Part shown: piece after piece, positions 9,009 through 21,093 of the stretch
Layout of the letters: every line of letters starts with the position of its first letter
Numbering within the stretch: the stretch's first letter is position 1
Origin: Sodalis sp. CWE
GTDB lineage: Bacteria > Pseudomonadota > Gammaproteobacteria > Enterobacterales > Enterobacteriaceae
DNA length: 32,000 nt
Assembly (NCBI RefSeq): GCF_019646055.1
Contig: NZ_JAESFE010000001.1
Span: 418,466-450,465 of the forward strand
Reading direction: 5' to 3'
Made by a program: the position numbers and the translations under genes
Notes under the pieces: model-generated
What the model was told of the DNA's origin: nothing
Database searches by the model: none
The model's input: the letters and a program-made list of their open reading frames with translations, nothing else

Positions 9009-9893
9009 ATGATAGGAAAATTTAATCCAAAGGTTTTTCAAGGTTTAATTTTAACGCTCCAAAACTATTGGGCCAAAAACGGATGTGCCATTTTTCAACC
9101 TCTGGATATGGAGGTTGGTGCAGGAACCTCTCATCCTATAACTTGCCTTCGAGCTCTCGGTCCAAAACCTATTTCAGTTGTCTATGTACAACCGTCTCGA
9201 CGTCCTACAGATGGACGCTATGGAAAAAATCCAAATCGATTGCAACATTATTATCAATTTCAAGTTATTATTAAACCTTCTCCTATAAACATTCAAGAAC
9301 TGTATCTCAATTCACTAAAAGAAGTCGGAATAGATCTAACTGTGCATGATGTACGATTTATAGAAAATAATTGGGAAAATCAAACACTTGGTGCTTGGGG
9401 TTTAGGTTGGGAAGTTTGGTTAGATGGAATGGAAGTGACGCAATTTACTTATTTTCAACAAGTTGGTGGTTTTGAATGTCGACCTGTCACAGGAGAAATT
9501 ACATATGGGCTTGAACGTTTATCCATGTATTTACAAGATGTAGATAACGTTTATGATTTGGTATGGGCTGATAGTCCATCAGGACCTATTACGTACAAAG
9601 ATATTTTTTTCCAAAATGAAATTGAACAATCTGCTTATAATTTTGAATATGCTAGTGTAGATTATTTATCTATTTGTTTTGAACAATATAAAAAAGAAGC
9701 CCAGAGTTTACTGAATTTAAAAAAACCGCTATCACTACCAGCTTACGAATGTATTCTAAAAGCAGCACACACTTTCAACTTGCTCGATGCTCGTAAAGCA
9801 ATTTCTATTACAGAACGCCAGAATTACATTCTGCAAATTTGTGCTTTAACAAAGGCCGCTGCAAAAGCCTATGTTGCTTCTCAGAATAAGTAA
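9009..9893 (+). CDS. glyQ: glycine--tRNA ligase alpha subunit
   Basis: 294-aa ORF collinear with E. coli GlyQ. Shared blocks [74 protein letters not shown] and [10 protein letters not shown]. Confidence 0.96.
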   Translation: MIGKFNPKVFQGLILTLQNYWAKNGCAIFQPLDMEVGAGTSHPITCLRALGPKPISVVYVQPSRRPTDGRYGKNPNRLQHYYQFQVIIKPSPINIQELYLNSLKEVGIDLTVHDVRFIENNWENQTLGAWGLGWEVWLDGMEVTQFTYFQQVGGFECRPVTGEITYGLERLSMYLQDVDNVYDLVWADSPSGPITYKDIFFQNEIEQSAYNFEYASVDYLSICFEQYKKEAQSLLNLKKPLSLPAYECILKAAHTFNLLDARKAISITERQNYILQICALTKAAAKAYVASQNK

Positions 9894-9956
9894 TGAATTT
9901 TTGAATACGTAGAACAGAAAAACAAATGACGATGAAATAATACAGGTAGAATCATA

Positions 9957-12035
9957 ATGAAACACACTTTTCTGGTGGAAATTGGTACAGAGGAATTACC
10001 TTCTAAAGATCTACGTGCTTTAGGAGAGGCTTTTTCTGCTCATATTGCAAGCGAACTCGATATAGCCAAAATTCATCATGGTGAAATTAAATGGTTTGCT
10101 ACTCCATTACGTCTTGCTGTTAAAATTACTTCTCTCAGTAATACGCAATCCTGTTACAACATTGAGAAACGTGGTCCAGCAATTTCGAAATCATTCGATT
10201 CTTATGGTCGTCCTACAAAAGAAGCAGAAAGTTGGGCACGCAGTTGTGGCATTACACTTAATCAAGCAACACGACGTATGATTGGTAAGAAAGAATGGCT
10301 AGTTTATTGTTCTAAAATAAAAGGAGAAAAAGTAAAAAATTTGCTATGCAATATAATTATCCGCGCCATTGAAAAATTACCGATTACCAAAATGATGCAA
10401 TGGAACAATTGTGAAGTTCAATTTATTCGTCCAGTTCATTCGATAGCCATGTTATTAGATAACGATGTTGTCGTCGGTAATATTCTTGGAATTAAAACAG
10501 ATCGTGTTATTTATGGACACCGATTTATGGGAAAAAGGAAAATTATTTTAAACCATGCTAATGAATATCCAAAAATATTGTTAGATCATGGTCGAGTAAT
10601 GGCAGATTATTTAAAACGTAAAGAAATAATTCGAAAATCTGTAGAAACAGTGGCTAAACAGTTAGGGGGTATAGTTAACTTAAACGAAAATCTTTTAGAA
10701 GAAGTAACTTCATTAGTAGAATGGCCTGTAGTGCTTAGCGCTAGATTTGAAGAAAAATTTTTATCAGTACCAATAGATGTGTTGATTTATACTATGCAAA
10801 ATAGTCAAAAATATTTTCCTGTATATGACAGCTCTAAAGGTAGTTTACTACCTTATTTTATATTCGTTGCTAATATCGAATCAAAAAAACCAAAGAAAAT
10901 TATTGCGGGTAACGAAAAAGTTATTCGTTCACGACTAGCTGATGCAAAGTTTTTTTTTACAACCGATCGTAAAAAAAAATTACAAGACTACCTGCCTCGT
11001 CTTAATACCATTGTTTTTCAAAATCAGCTTGGTTCTTTACGTGATAAAAGTAAGCGAATTGAAACTTTAGCAGCTTGGATTGCAGATAAAATTGGCGCTA
11101 ATATTTCTCAGGCTAGTCGTGCTGGTCTGTTATCTAAATGTGACTTAGTAACAAACATGGTATCTGAGTTTTCTGAAATGCAAGGAATAATAGGAATGCA
11201 CTACGCTCGCTATGACGGAGAATCAGAAGAAGTAGCTCTAGCACAAAAAGAGCAATATCAACCGCAATTCTTTGGAGATTTACTTCCAACAACGCTTGTC
11301 TCTTGCTCGGTCTCTATTGCTGATAAGATGGATACGTTAGTTGGTATTTTTGGAACTGGTTATTCCCCAAAGGGGGATAAGGATCCATTTGCATTGCGTC
11401 GTGCAGCACTTGGAGTGCTACGCATAATTATAGAAAAAAAACTTTTTCTTGACTTGGAAATTCTAACAAAGCAAGCAGTACAACTTTTTGGAAAAAAATT
11501 GGCTCATACCACTTTTTTAATAAAAAAAATTATTGATTTTATTCTTAGTCGTTTTTTCTTTTGGTATCAAGAAAAAGGATATAACGTTGATGTTATTCAG
11601 GCCGTTTTATCATGTCATTCTACTGTTCCAACAGACCTTGATGCGCGTATACGTGCGATAAATTCTTTTTGTATGCTTAAAGAAGCAAAATCTTTAGTAT
11701 TGGTTAATAAAAGGATATCAAAGATTTTAATTAAATCATCTAATCTAATTAGCAATAAAAATATAAATTTTTCCCTTTTTAAGAAACCTGAAGAAATTAA
11801 GTTAGCAATCTGTTTCATTAGATTACAGAAAACACTTAAACCACTGCTTGAATCTGGTCGATATCAAGATGCGTTGAAGGAACTACTATCAATTGACAAA
11901 CCAGTCAATTTCTTTTTTGAAAGAATTACAATAATGTCGGATGATTTTGAAATTCGTACCAATCGTATTTTTCTGCTAAAAAAATTACAAGAACTAATTC
12001 TAAAAATTGCAGATATTTCGTTTCTTCAAATATAG
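9957..12035 (+). CDS. glyS: glycine--tRNA ligase beta subunit
   Basis: 692-aa ORF collinear with E. coli GlyS (689 aa). Shared blocks TFLVEIGTEELP, SLVEWPVVL, QKYFPVY, FIFVANIES, GDKDPFALRRAALGVLRII, and a C-terminus ending ADIS.LQ. It follows glyQ after a 63-nt gap. Confidence 0.96.
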   Translation: MKHTFLVEIGTEELPSKDLRALGEAFSAHIASELDIAKIHHGEIKWFATPLRLAVKITSLSNTQSCYNIEKRGPAISKSFDSYGRPTKEAESWARSCGITLNQATRRMIGKKEWLVYCSKIKGEKVKNLLCNIIIRAIEKLPITKMMQWNNCEVQFIRPVHSIAMLLDNDVVVGNILGIKTDRVIYGHRFMGKRKIILNHANEYPKILLDHGRVMADYLKRKEIIRKSVETVAKQLGGIVNLNENLLEEVTSLVEWPVVLSARFEEKFLSVPIDVLIYTMQNSQKYFPVYDSSKGSLLPYFIFVANIESKKPKKIIAGNEKVIRSRLADAKFFFTTDRKKKLQDYLPRLNTIVFQNQLGSLRDKSKRIETLAAWIADKIGANISQASRAGLLSKCDLVTNMVSEFSEMQGIIGMHYARYDGESEEVALAQKEQYQPQFFGDLLPTTLVSCSVSIADKMDTLVGIFGTGYSPKGDKDPFALRRAALGVLRIIIEKKLFLDLEILTKQAVQLFGKKLAHTTFLIKKIIDFILSRFFFWYQEKGYNVDVIQAVLSCHSTVPTDLDARIRAINSFCMLKEAKSLVLVNKRISKILIKSSNLISNKNINFSLFKKPEEIKLAICFIRLQKTLKPLLESGRYQDALKELLSIDKPVNFFFERITIMSDDFEIRTNRIFLLKKLQELILKIADISFLQI

Positions 12036-12180
12036 CAATTACTGACTCACATGATTAATTAGGTTAACATCTTGTTGATATTTTACTAGAGCCAAATCAC
12101 TCGTAGATACTTTTTATATAAAAGTGTGTTAAGCAAAAAAATAATTATAAACTACACTTCTATAATCTGAAATTTCAGAG

Positions 12181-12798
12181 TTAGGAATTAAAACGTACAG
12201 CCGCTTCGTCCCAATTTACTACATTCCAAAATGACTTAACATAATCTAGACGACGATTCTGATATTTTAGATAATAAGCGTGCTCCCAGATATCTAATCC
12301 GATAATCGGATTACCTGAAGTGCCAGAGATATTCTCACCCATTAATGGATTATCTTGATTCATAGTAGATGTTACGAATAAAGTTTCGTTATTTTTAATA
12401 AGCCAAGTCCAGCCAGATCCGAAATGCATTAAAGCCGTTTTTTCAAAAAATTCCTGAAATTTACTAACGCTTCCAAAACTATTTTCAATAGCGTTTTTTA
12501 ATTTCCCGCATAAAAAAGTGCCTCCTGGTTTTAGGCCCTTCCAGAAAAAACTATGATTGAAATGTCCTCCAACATTATTGCGTAGTTCGTTTCTTTTTTT
12601 AATTGGAACTTTGTCTAATTTCTGAAGCAAATTATCTATTGGTATATTATCAAACTCTGGTAGTTGATCTAAAATAGCATTAGCGTTATTAATATATGTT
12701 AGATGGTGCTTTTTATGATGAATTTCCATTGTTTCTTTATCAAAAGAAGGTTCTAAAGCATCATAGTCATATGATAGGGAAGGTAGTATAAAACTCAT
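12181..12798 (-). CDS. sodA: superoxide dismutase (Mn type)
   Basis: 205-aa ORF collinear with E. coli SodA. N-terminus [20 protein letters not shown] vs MSYTLPSLPYAYDALEPHFD. Also HHKKHH, FGSGW.WL and [15 protein letters not shown]...[13 protein letters not shown]. Confidence 0.95.
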   Translation of the reverse strand: MSFILPSLSYDYDALEPSFDKETMEIHHKKHHLTYINNANAILDQLPEFDNIPIDNLLQKLDKVPIKKRNELRNNVGGHFNHSFFWKGLKPGGTFLCGKLKNAIENSFGSVSKFQEFFEKTALMHFGSGWTWLIKNNETLFVTSTMNQDNPLMGENISGTSGNPIIGLDIWEHAYYLKYQNRRLDYVKSFWNVVNWDEAAVRFNS

Positions 12799-15274
12799 AA
12801 ATATCTCTCCGTTTTAGTATGAATCAATTTCTTCATTTTCCTTTTGAAAGAAGAATAAGAAAAACAATAATAAAACTTAATTATTGTTTATTAACAATAA
12901 AAAAAAGAACATGATTCTTATCATTAAACGACTGTTAATCAAGTTTGATTCACATCAACTTATCAGGATTAATTGTACGAATCAATTGTTTCATTTTTTT
13001 TCATTTTTTAAAAACTTAGGTTCCTCGAGAAGAGGGAGTATAGCAGCACTAAAAAATAAAAGCAAGCATAAATATATCCTTTAATTAGGAAATCTCTTAA
13101 TAAGGAATTGTTTATATATGCTATATGGATAATCTAAAAAACGTGTAAGTTTTCTTTATTTAGGAAGGGTTCTTTTTAATTTTTAATTAAAATGAATATA
13201 TTTCATATGTTAATAATTATTATATTTAAAGTTTATTCATAAATAATATAAAATATTATTCTAATATAAATAGACGTGGCTTAAAATTTTCTCAATGCAG
13301 GAGTTTTTATCTTTTCTCTAAAAAAGTCGATAAACTACCAACAATTAATTTCTATTATAAATAGACATATTTAATTTAAATTAAAAGTTACATTATTTAA
13401 CATAAAAAACTTATTTTCTTTGCATATTAAAAATAATATTAATTAATTTAACGACTAAAAGATAAATATTAATAGTTTATACGAAAAGGTGTATTTTGGT
13501 ATGTTTTGATAGTTTTTGAAAAACTTTATAGAGTTCTCAATTAACTTATTAGTTAGCTTTTATTTGAAACTTTTTCACATTGAATATTATCTAAATATTT
13601 TTAGATGTTCTAATTTTTCTTTTTTAAAGACTGTTCAATTGAACAATTGAATGTTTTAATATTATTTTCAAGCTAACTTATTATTTATTTTCTTAAATAT
13701 TAAACTTTTATTTATATATTTTTTTAGCAAAATTAGTTAGTTAACAGTGAATAATTAATATAAGTTTTGATTTTTATATTTCTATGAAATAGAAATTTTT
13801 TCAATAAATCTCATTGAAGTTCAATAAGCTAATTTTTTATCAGAAAATAAAAATAATAGTTGTTATATAATTTTATCATAAAACTTGTTTTGATTTATTA
13901 TCAATGGTTATTTAATTTTTTATTAATTAATTATTATTGAGTCTTCTAATAAGAAGATTAGTTCTAACTATTCAGTCAGAGATATAGCGAAGCTGTTACG
14001 TAAAAAATAAAATTTTAATTGTCAAAAGAATTTGAATAAGCGTTAGAACTTGAATAATTTTTTTAAAACGATTATTAATTATGATTAGCTAGTTCCTCTT
14101 TCTTTATTAAAAAGCCAGTGCAATAATTTTTAGAAATTACATTTTATTATGCAAGTAAATTAGGACTAGTGTTATGGTAAGCAAATAAGCTAATAAAACA
14201 TATTTATCTCAATGAGATAGATCAGAAGTTCAAATTTTCTCTTACCAACTGTTTTTAGTTTTAATATTTAAAATAAATAAATCTTCTAAACTAAGAGCTT
14301 CTATAATTTGATGAAATTTTAAAAAAATTCGAATTATATCATAACATGATCTTACTTAATAATGGTTTTATTCTTTTTTTAAGAAGAAAATTATTAATCA
14401 AATAAATAAAAGGTAATATATTTTAATTTTCTAAAAAATTTTCATTTCTAGATATTTAATCAGGCTATACGTAACCATTTATATGTTTTATATTTAATTT
14501 GACATAATCCATGAAATTAATAATTAAGTTAATTTAATTAAATACTAAATTAAACATTTTTAATAAAAAATTAAAATAACTATTTTCTTTTATTGGTTTT
14601 AATTATTAATTTTAATATTATTAGATTAATTTTAAATAGACTGATTGAAATCCATTTATACTAAAGTATAGTAAAAGCAATGGTTTAAGATCGTCAATAA
14701 TTTAATGTTTATAAAAAATGAGCTGCTTACTAATTTTTAGTTAAATTTAATAGTAAAACCATCTGAATTAACAAAAAAATACCTAGAATGACTATTTATT
14801 CTAAATTTGACTAAAAATCAAAATTAATAGAAATATTGACAAATCATAAACATGACTATTTTGTATGAAAAAACTATCAATGCATTCACTAGGAAGTGAA
14901 TGTTTAACAAAAAAAGTCTATTTATAACAAAATATTATTAATAATAAACTGTTTAATAAATTTTAATGATTTTTCTCTTCTTAAAGAGAAGTCGCTTTGT
15001 AACTAATATTATTTAGAATAAACGAGAGTTAGTATTTAATTAATTAAGCTAAAATTTAAGCATTTCGAATAGTTTTAGAGAATTTATATTTTATAAACTT
15101 TTCAAACTGCTTATTTAAACAAACATTAATATTTTTAATGTAGATTTTTATAAATTTAGGTAAGAGTAACTAATTCTATCTATATAGAAAAGGATTGTTT
15201 ACTAAAACAATTATAGAGAACTGTTTACTAAAAGCGTTTATTTTAAAAATAATTTTTATAGGACCTTTTCATTT

Positions 15275-17728
<2,454 letters not shown>

Positions 17729-18220
17729 TTAAAGGTATCTCCTTTTTTTTATTTTAAATGTTTTGTTTTTTATTGGAAATATTAGAGATTTGATTTAACT
17801 GTCAGTGGCATTTAGAATTTACTAGTCACTAGTAACCTTAGGTATTTTATCAAAAATTGCTAATATCTAAAATATAGTTCAGCATATAAAGTTACTAAAT
17901 AAGTAAAGATTTCACTGGCCATTTCGGCGAAACATAAGATTTTGTCCTTAAATCAAGAAGAAATTTACAAACTAATAATTTCAACTAACGTCTTGAGATA
18001 ATTTACAAATTTTTTAGGGCTTATAGCAAGAGTTTTTAAATTGTTTTTATGCGAACTAAATTCAATATAAATTAGAAACAATTGGATCAAAATAATTTTT
18101 TATTAATTTTCTGAGAAAGCTTTTTTGTCCCAGCCATATTAAAAAACAAAGTTAGTGAAATCAGCAAATTTGACAGATTTAGTTTTATGAAATTGCATAT
18201 TGATAAATGTAATAAAATTA

Positions 18221-18239
18221 CTTTCTCTTTCTGAGAAAG
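18221..18239 (-). terminator. candidate terminator hairpin immediately after dnaN
   Basis: The minus strand reads TGA(stop) TTTTT CTTTCTC AGAAA GAGAAAG TAATTTTATT: 7-bp stem, 5-nt loop, U-rich tail. The stem has only 2 G:C pairs. Confidence 0.3.
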
Positions 18240-18244
18240 AAAAA

Positions 18245-19354
18245 TCAGATTTGCATAGGCATAACAATGTAAATAGCACTTTGATTAGAACTATCTTCAA
18301 TTTGAACTCCAGATGTACAATTCATAAAACTTAGTCGGATTTTTTCACATCTTAACACATTTAATATATCAAGTATGTAATTAACATTAAAGCCAATTTC
18401 TGCTTCATTGCCTTCATAGAAAATATCTAGAATTTCTTCTGCTTCTTCCTGTTTTGTGTTATTAGCAGTAATCTTCAACCTTGTAGAACTAAAATGTAAA
18501 CGTACCCCACGGAATCTCTCATTAGAAAAAATGGCAGCTCGAATAAGAGATTGTCTAAACTTATTACAGTCAATTTCTAATATATTGTTTTTATTTTTTG
18601 GCAGTACACGACGATAATCTGGAAAACATCCATCAATCAATCTAGAAGTGAAAATATAATCCCCAATAATAATTCGCAGATTATTGTTACCAATTTGAAA
18701 TCTTACAATATTTTCATCAATAACATCCAAAATTCGTATTAACTCTATTACTCCTCGCCGTGGCATAATAATAGAATGAAATGGAAGACGATCCGAACTA
18801 ATAGGCATACTGCATATTGCCAGGCGATGTCCATCAGTAGCTATTGTGCTTAATTTTTCATCCTCAATTTCAAATAATAAACCGTTAAGACAATAACGTA
18901 TATCTTGTTGAGCCATAGAAAAATATGTCGATTCAATTAATTGCTTTAATACAGATCGCATTAAACTAAATTCTATTTTTTTTTGCCATTTTTTTAGACA
19001 AGGAAAATCCGATGCAGGTAATGTAGAAAGTAAATAACGGCTTTGTCCTGAATGAATTAATAATTTTTCACCTTCAAGTTTCATTGAAACCTTAGCTTCT
19101 TTGGGCAAACTACGAAAAATATCAAAGAGCTTTCGTGCTGGTACCGTAACAGCACCTAATTCATAGGTGGTATCTATTAACATAACTTGAGTAATAATTT
19201 CTACTTCTAGATTGGTGCTAATTAATAACAAAGTACCTTTAGATACTTGCAATAGTAAATTAGCTAGAATTGGCAAGTGTAAAGAACTTCTTAACGGATT
19301 ATTAAGGTACTGTAATGGTTTGAGCAATCTATCTCGTTCAATAGTAAATTTCAT
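18245..19354 (-). CDS. dnaN: DNA polymerase III beta sliding clamp
   Basis: 369-aa ORF collinear with E. coli DnaN (366 aa). Shared blocks MKFT.ER..LLKPLQ, LPIL.NLLLQV, TVPARK.FDI.R.LP, ATDGHRLA.CSMPI, DG.FPDYRRVLPKN and RGVRL......LKITANN..QEEAEE. C-terminus YIVMPMQI vs YVVMPMRL. Confidence 0.97.
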   Translation of the reverse strand: MKFTIERDRLLKPLQYLNNPLRSSLHLPILANLLLQVSKGTLLLISTNLEVEIITQVMLIDTTYELGAVTVPARKLFDIFRSLPKEAKVSMKLEGEKLLIHSGQSRYLLSTLPASDFPCLKKWQKKIEFSLMRSVLKQLIESTYFSMAQQDIRYCLNGLLFEIEDEKLSTIATDGHRLAICSMPISSDRLPFHSIIMPRRGVIELIRILDVIDENIVRFQIGNNNLRIIIGDYIFTSRLIDGCFPDYRRVLPKNKNNILEIDCNKFRQSLIRAAIFSNERFRGVRLHFSSTRLKITANNTKQEEAEEILDIFYEGNEAEIGFNVNYILDILNVLRCEKIRLSFMNCTSGVQIEDSSNQSAIYIVMPMQI

Positions 19355-20228
19355 TAATGATCATAAAAAAAATATTTTCTACTAAAAAATTTTGTTTTTT
19401 TTGACTCACGCATTGAGTTATTTTCTTTATTTAAGAACGAAATGCAATACTGCTTAGTCATTGTACTTAAATTTCAACTTTTACTAAAAAGTAATTATCC
19501 AAGCAACATTAATATATGGAATAAAATTGAGTTTTACGATAATTTTTTTGCTATAACTCTCAAAATTAGCTTTTATCTAAAGCAGATAGGATGCACATTA
19601 ATGCTAAGTTGCTAGAAATTTTAGTCTACAGTACAGAGTATTCAAATACTTTTTTAGAGTATGTTAATTATGTAATTTAAAATCTAATTTCGTTATTTTT
19701 ACTTGATCCCCCATTTCTAACGGTTAAGTTTAATATATAATGAAAATAAACCACATGAGTGAAAGATTAATTACTTGGATTAAGAACAATATTGCACAAT
19801 ATCAAAATTTAATCTAAAAATATTTAGTCATTGTAATATTATTTGATCTATCTTTGATAGTTCTTTTTGAAAGATTAAATAAAAGTTGAAAATAATATTG
19901 TTAAATAACAAATGTGAAATACTATAAGTAAAAATGAAAATTAAACACATATAACTAACAGTATATTTATCTTCTTAGGAGCAGAGAAACGGTAAACGCA
20001 TTAGAAATATAAAATGTATACAAAATGAGTCTTACTTAAGAGCACTTAAAAACAGAGAAGTTACGCTAAAAATAGATTTAATTTTTTTAAAAATTTAAAT
20101 TTTTGACTGAATATTGCAGGCATAACTCTAATTTTTAGAAAAAACAGTCTAAGATTTAACTCTTTGTGTATATTGTTTATTCAATGAAAGATATTAAGAA
20201 ATATATATCTGTATTGCAAGTAGAGAAT

Positions 20229-20257
20229 TTGACTTAAAGCTTTAATTTGTTTACATT
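20229..20257 (+). promoter_or_regulatory. candidate sigma70 promoter for rpmH-rnpA-yidD-yidC
   Basis: TTGACT (20229-20234), 17 nt, then TACATT (20252-20257), about 100 nt upstream of the rpmH ATG. Motif-only evidence in AT-rich DNA. Confidence 0.25.
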
Positions 20258-20358
20258 TTCTTTATATCCTTGAAACGTTTTATAGTTAGGAGAAGCAGAT
20301 ACTTGAAATTTATAAAAGATTTTCAAAATTAACCAAATAAAAAAAAGTAAACTTCATT

Positions 20359-20502
20359 ATGAAACGCACATTTCAACCATCTGTATTAAAAAGAAATCGT
20401 TCTCATGGCTTTCGTATACGTATGAAAAAAAAAAGCGGACGTCGCATTCTATCGCGTCGACGTGCAAAAGGCAGAATGCGCTTGACTTCATCTTCTAAAT
20501 GA
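20359..20502 (+). CDS. rpmH: 50S ribosomal protein L34
   Basis: Not in the ORF track (47 codons); translated by hand. [47 protein letters not shown], then TGA at 20500-20502. The first 19 residues are identical to E. coli L34 as I recall it. It sits directly upstream of rnpA, as in virtually all bacteria. Confidence 0.95.
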   Translation: MKRTFQPSVLKRNRSHGFRIRMKKKSGRRILSRRRAKGRMRLTSSSK

Positions 20503-20870
20503 GTTTCGTGATGATGAGGCTTATGTTTTCACGAAAATTAAGATTATTAACTTCTGCGCACTTTGCTTTTGTATTTCAAAAACCAAAAAAAGTAAGTGCA
20601 TTAAATATTAGTATTTTCGGTCGACTAAATACCTTGGCATATCCACGGATTGGGATTACAATCGCCAAGAAACATGTAAAACAAGCTCATGAAAGAAATC
20701 GAATAAAACGTCTTGTGCGGGAAAGTTTTCGTTTGTTTCAACATGCTTTACCTGCAATGGATTTTGTAATTACTGTCAAAAAAAATATATCCAATTTGGA
20801 TAACCGTTCCCTAACGGAGACGTTAGGAAAATTATGGCATTTCTATTTTCTTTTCTCTCAAATCCACTGA
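20499..20870 (+). CDS. rnpA: RNase P protein component
   Basis: 123-aa ORF collinear with E. coli RnpA (119 aa). Shared blocks R.LRLLT...[39 protein letters not shown] and L..LW. The ATG at 20499 overlaps the rpmH stop (ATGA). Alignment length would also fit a start at ATG 20511 or 20514. Confidence 0.9.
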   Translation: MSFVMMRLMFSRKLRLLTSAHFAFVFQKPKKVSALNISIFGRLNTLAYPRIGITIAKKHVKQAHERNRIKRLVRESFRLFQHALPAMDFVITVKKNISNLDNRSLTETLGKLWHFYFLFSQIH

Positions 20871-21079
20871 CTAAATTGATACGTGTGTATCAACTCACAA
20901 TTAGTCCATTATTTGGACCAAATTGTAGGTTTACGCCTACATGTTCGCAGTATGGAATTGAGTCGATAAGCAAATTTGGTATGTTGAAAGGTGGTTGGTT
21001 AACAGTAAAACGCGTATTGAAATGTCACTCTTTACATGAAGGCGGCAAAGATCCCGTACCACCTAAATTTTGGAAATAG
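20834..21079 (+). CDS. yidD: membrane protein insertion efficiency factor YidD
   Basis: 81-aa ORF collinear with E. coli YidD. Shared blocks LIRVYQ..ISPL.GP.CRF.PTCS.YGIE and G.WLTVKR.LKCH.LH.GG.DPVPP. It overlaps the rnpA 3' end by 37 nt. Confidence 0.9.
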   Translation: MAFLFSFLSNPLTKLIRVYQLTISPLFGPNCRFTPTCSQYGIESISKFGMLKGGWLTVKRVLKCHSLHEGGKDPVPPKFWK

Positions 21080-21093
21080 AGAACATTAATACT

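Noticed and set aside
12907-12927. Fur-box-like sequence GAACATGATTCTTATCATTAA about 110-130 bp upstream of sodA.
   Set aside because: It matches the 19-bp Fur consensus at only about 12 of 19 positions by hand alignment, which is within chance for this composition, and I cannot know whether fur exists in this genome.
18100-18198. Minus-strand frame starting at ATG 18198: MQFHKTKSVKFADFTNFVF*YGWDKKAFSEN. It faintly resembles the RecF N-terminus and Walker A (..FNFLVGANGSGKTSVLEA).
   Set aside because: The match needs a stop codon, a roughly 10-residue deletion and a gap to align, and the identities are few. It is not distinguishable from chance by eye.
19354-19473. 39-codon open minus-strand frame (NLSTMTKQYCISFLNKENNSMRESKKTKFFSRKYFFYDH) that ends in TAATG overlapping the dnaN start. 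It could be the relic 3' end of dnaA (E. coli DnaA ends ..[34 protein letters not shown]).
   Set aside because: My by-eye alignment gives only a handful of identities (T, C, S, R), K/F/N-rich frames are cheap in this composition, and stops lie immediately upstream. This is suggestive at best and needs an HMM or tblastn test before being called a pseudogene.
19495-19503. DnaA-box-like TTATCCAAG in the dnaN-rpmH gap. A similar TTATCCAAC occurs near 3036-3044.
   Set aside because: Each matches the TTATCCACA consensus at only 7 of 9 positions, they are isolated rather than clustered, and such near-matches are expected in AT-rich DNA.
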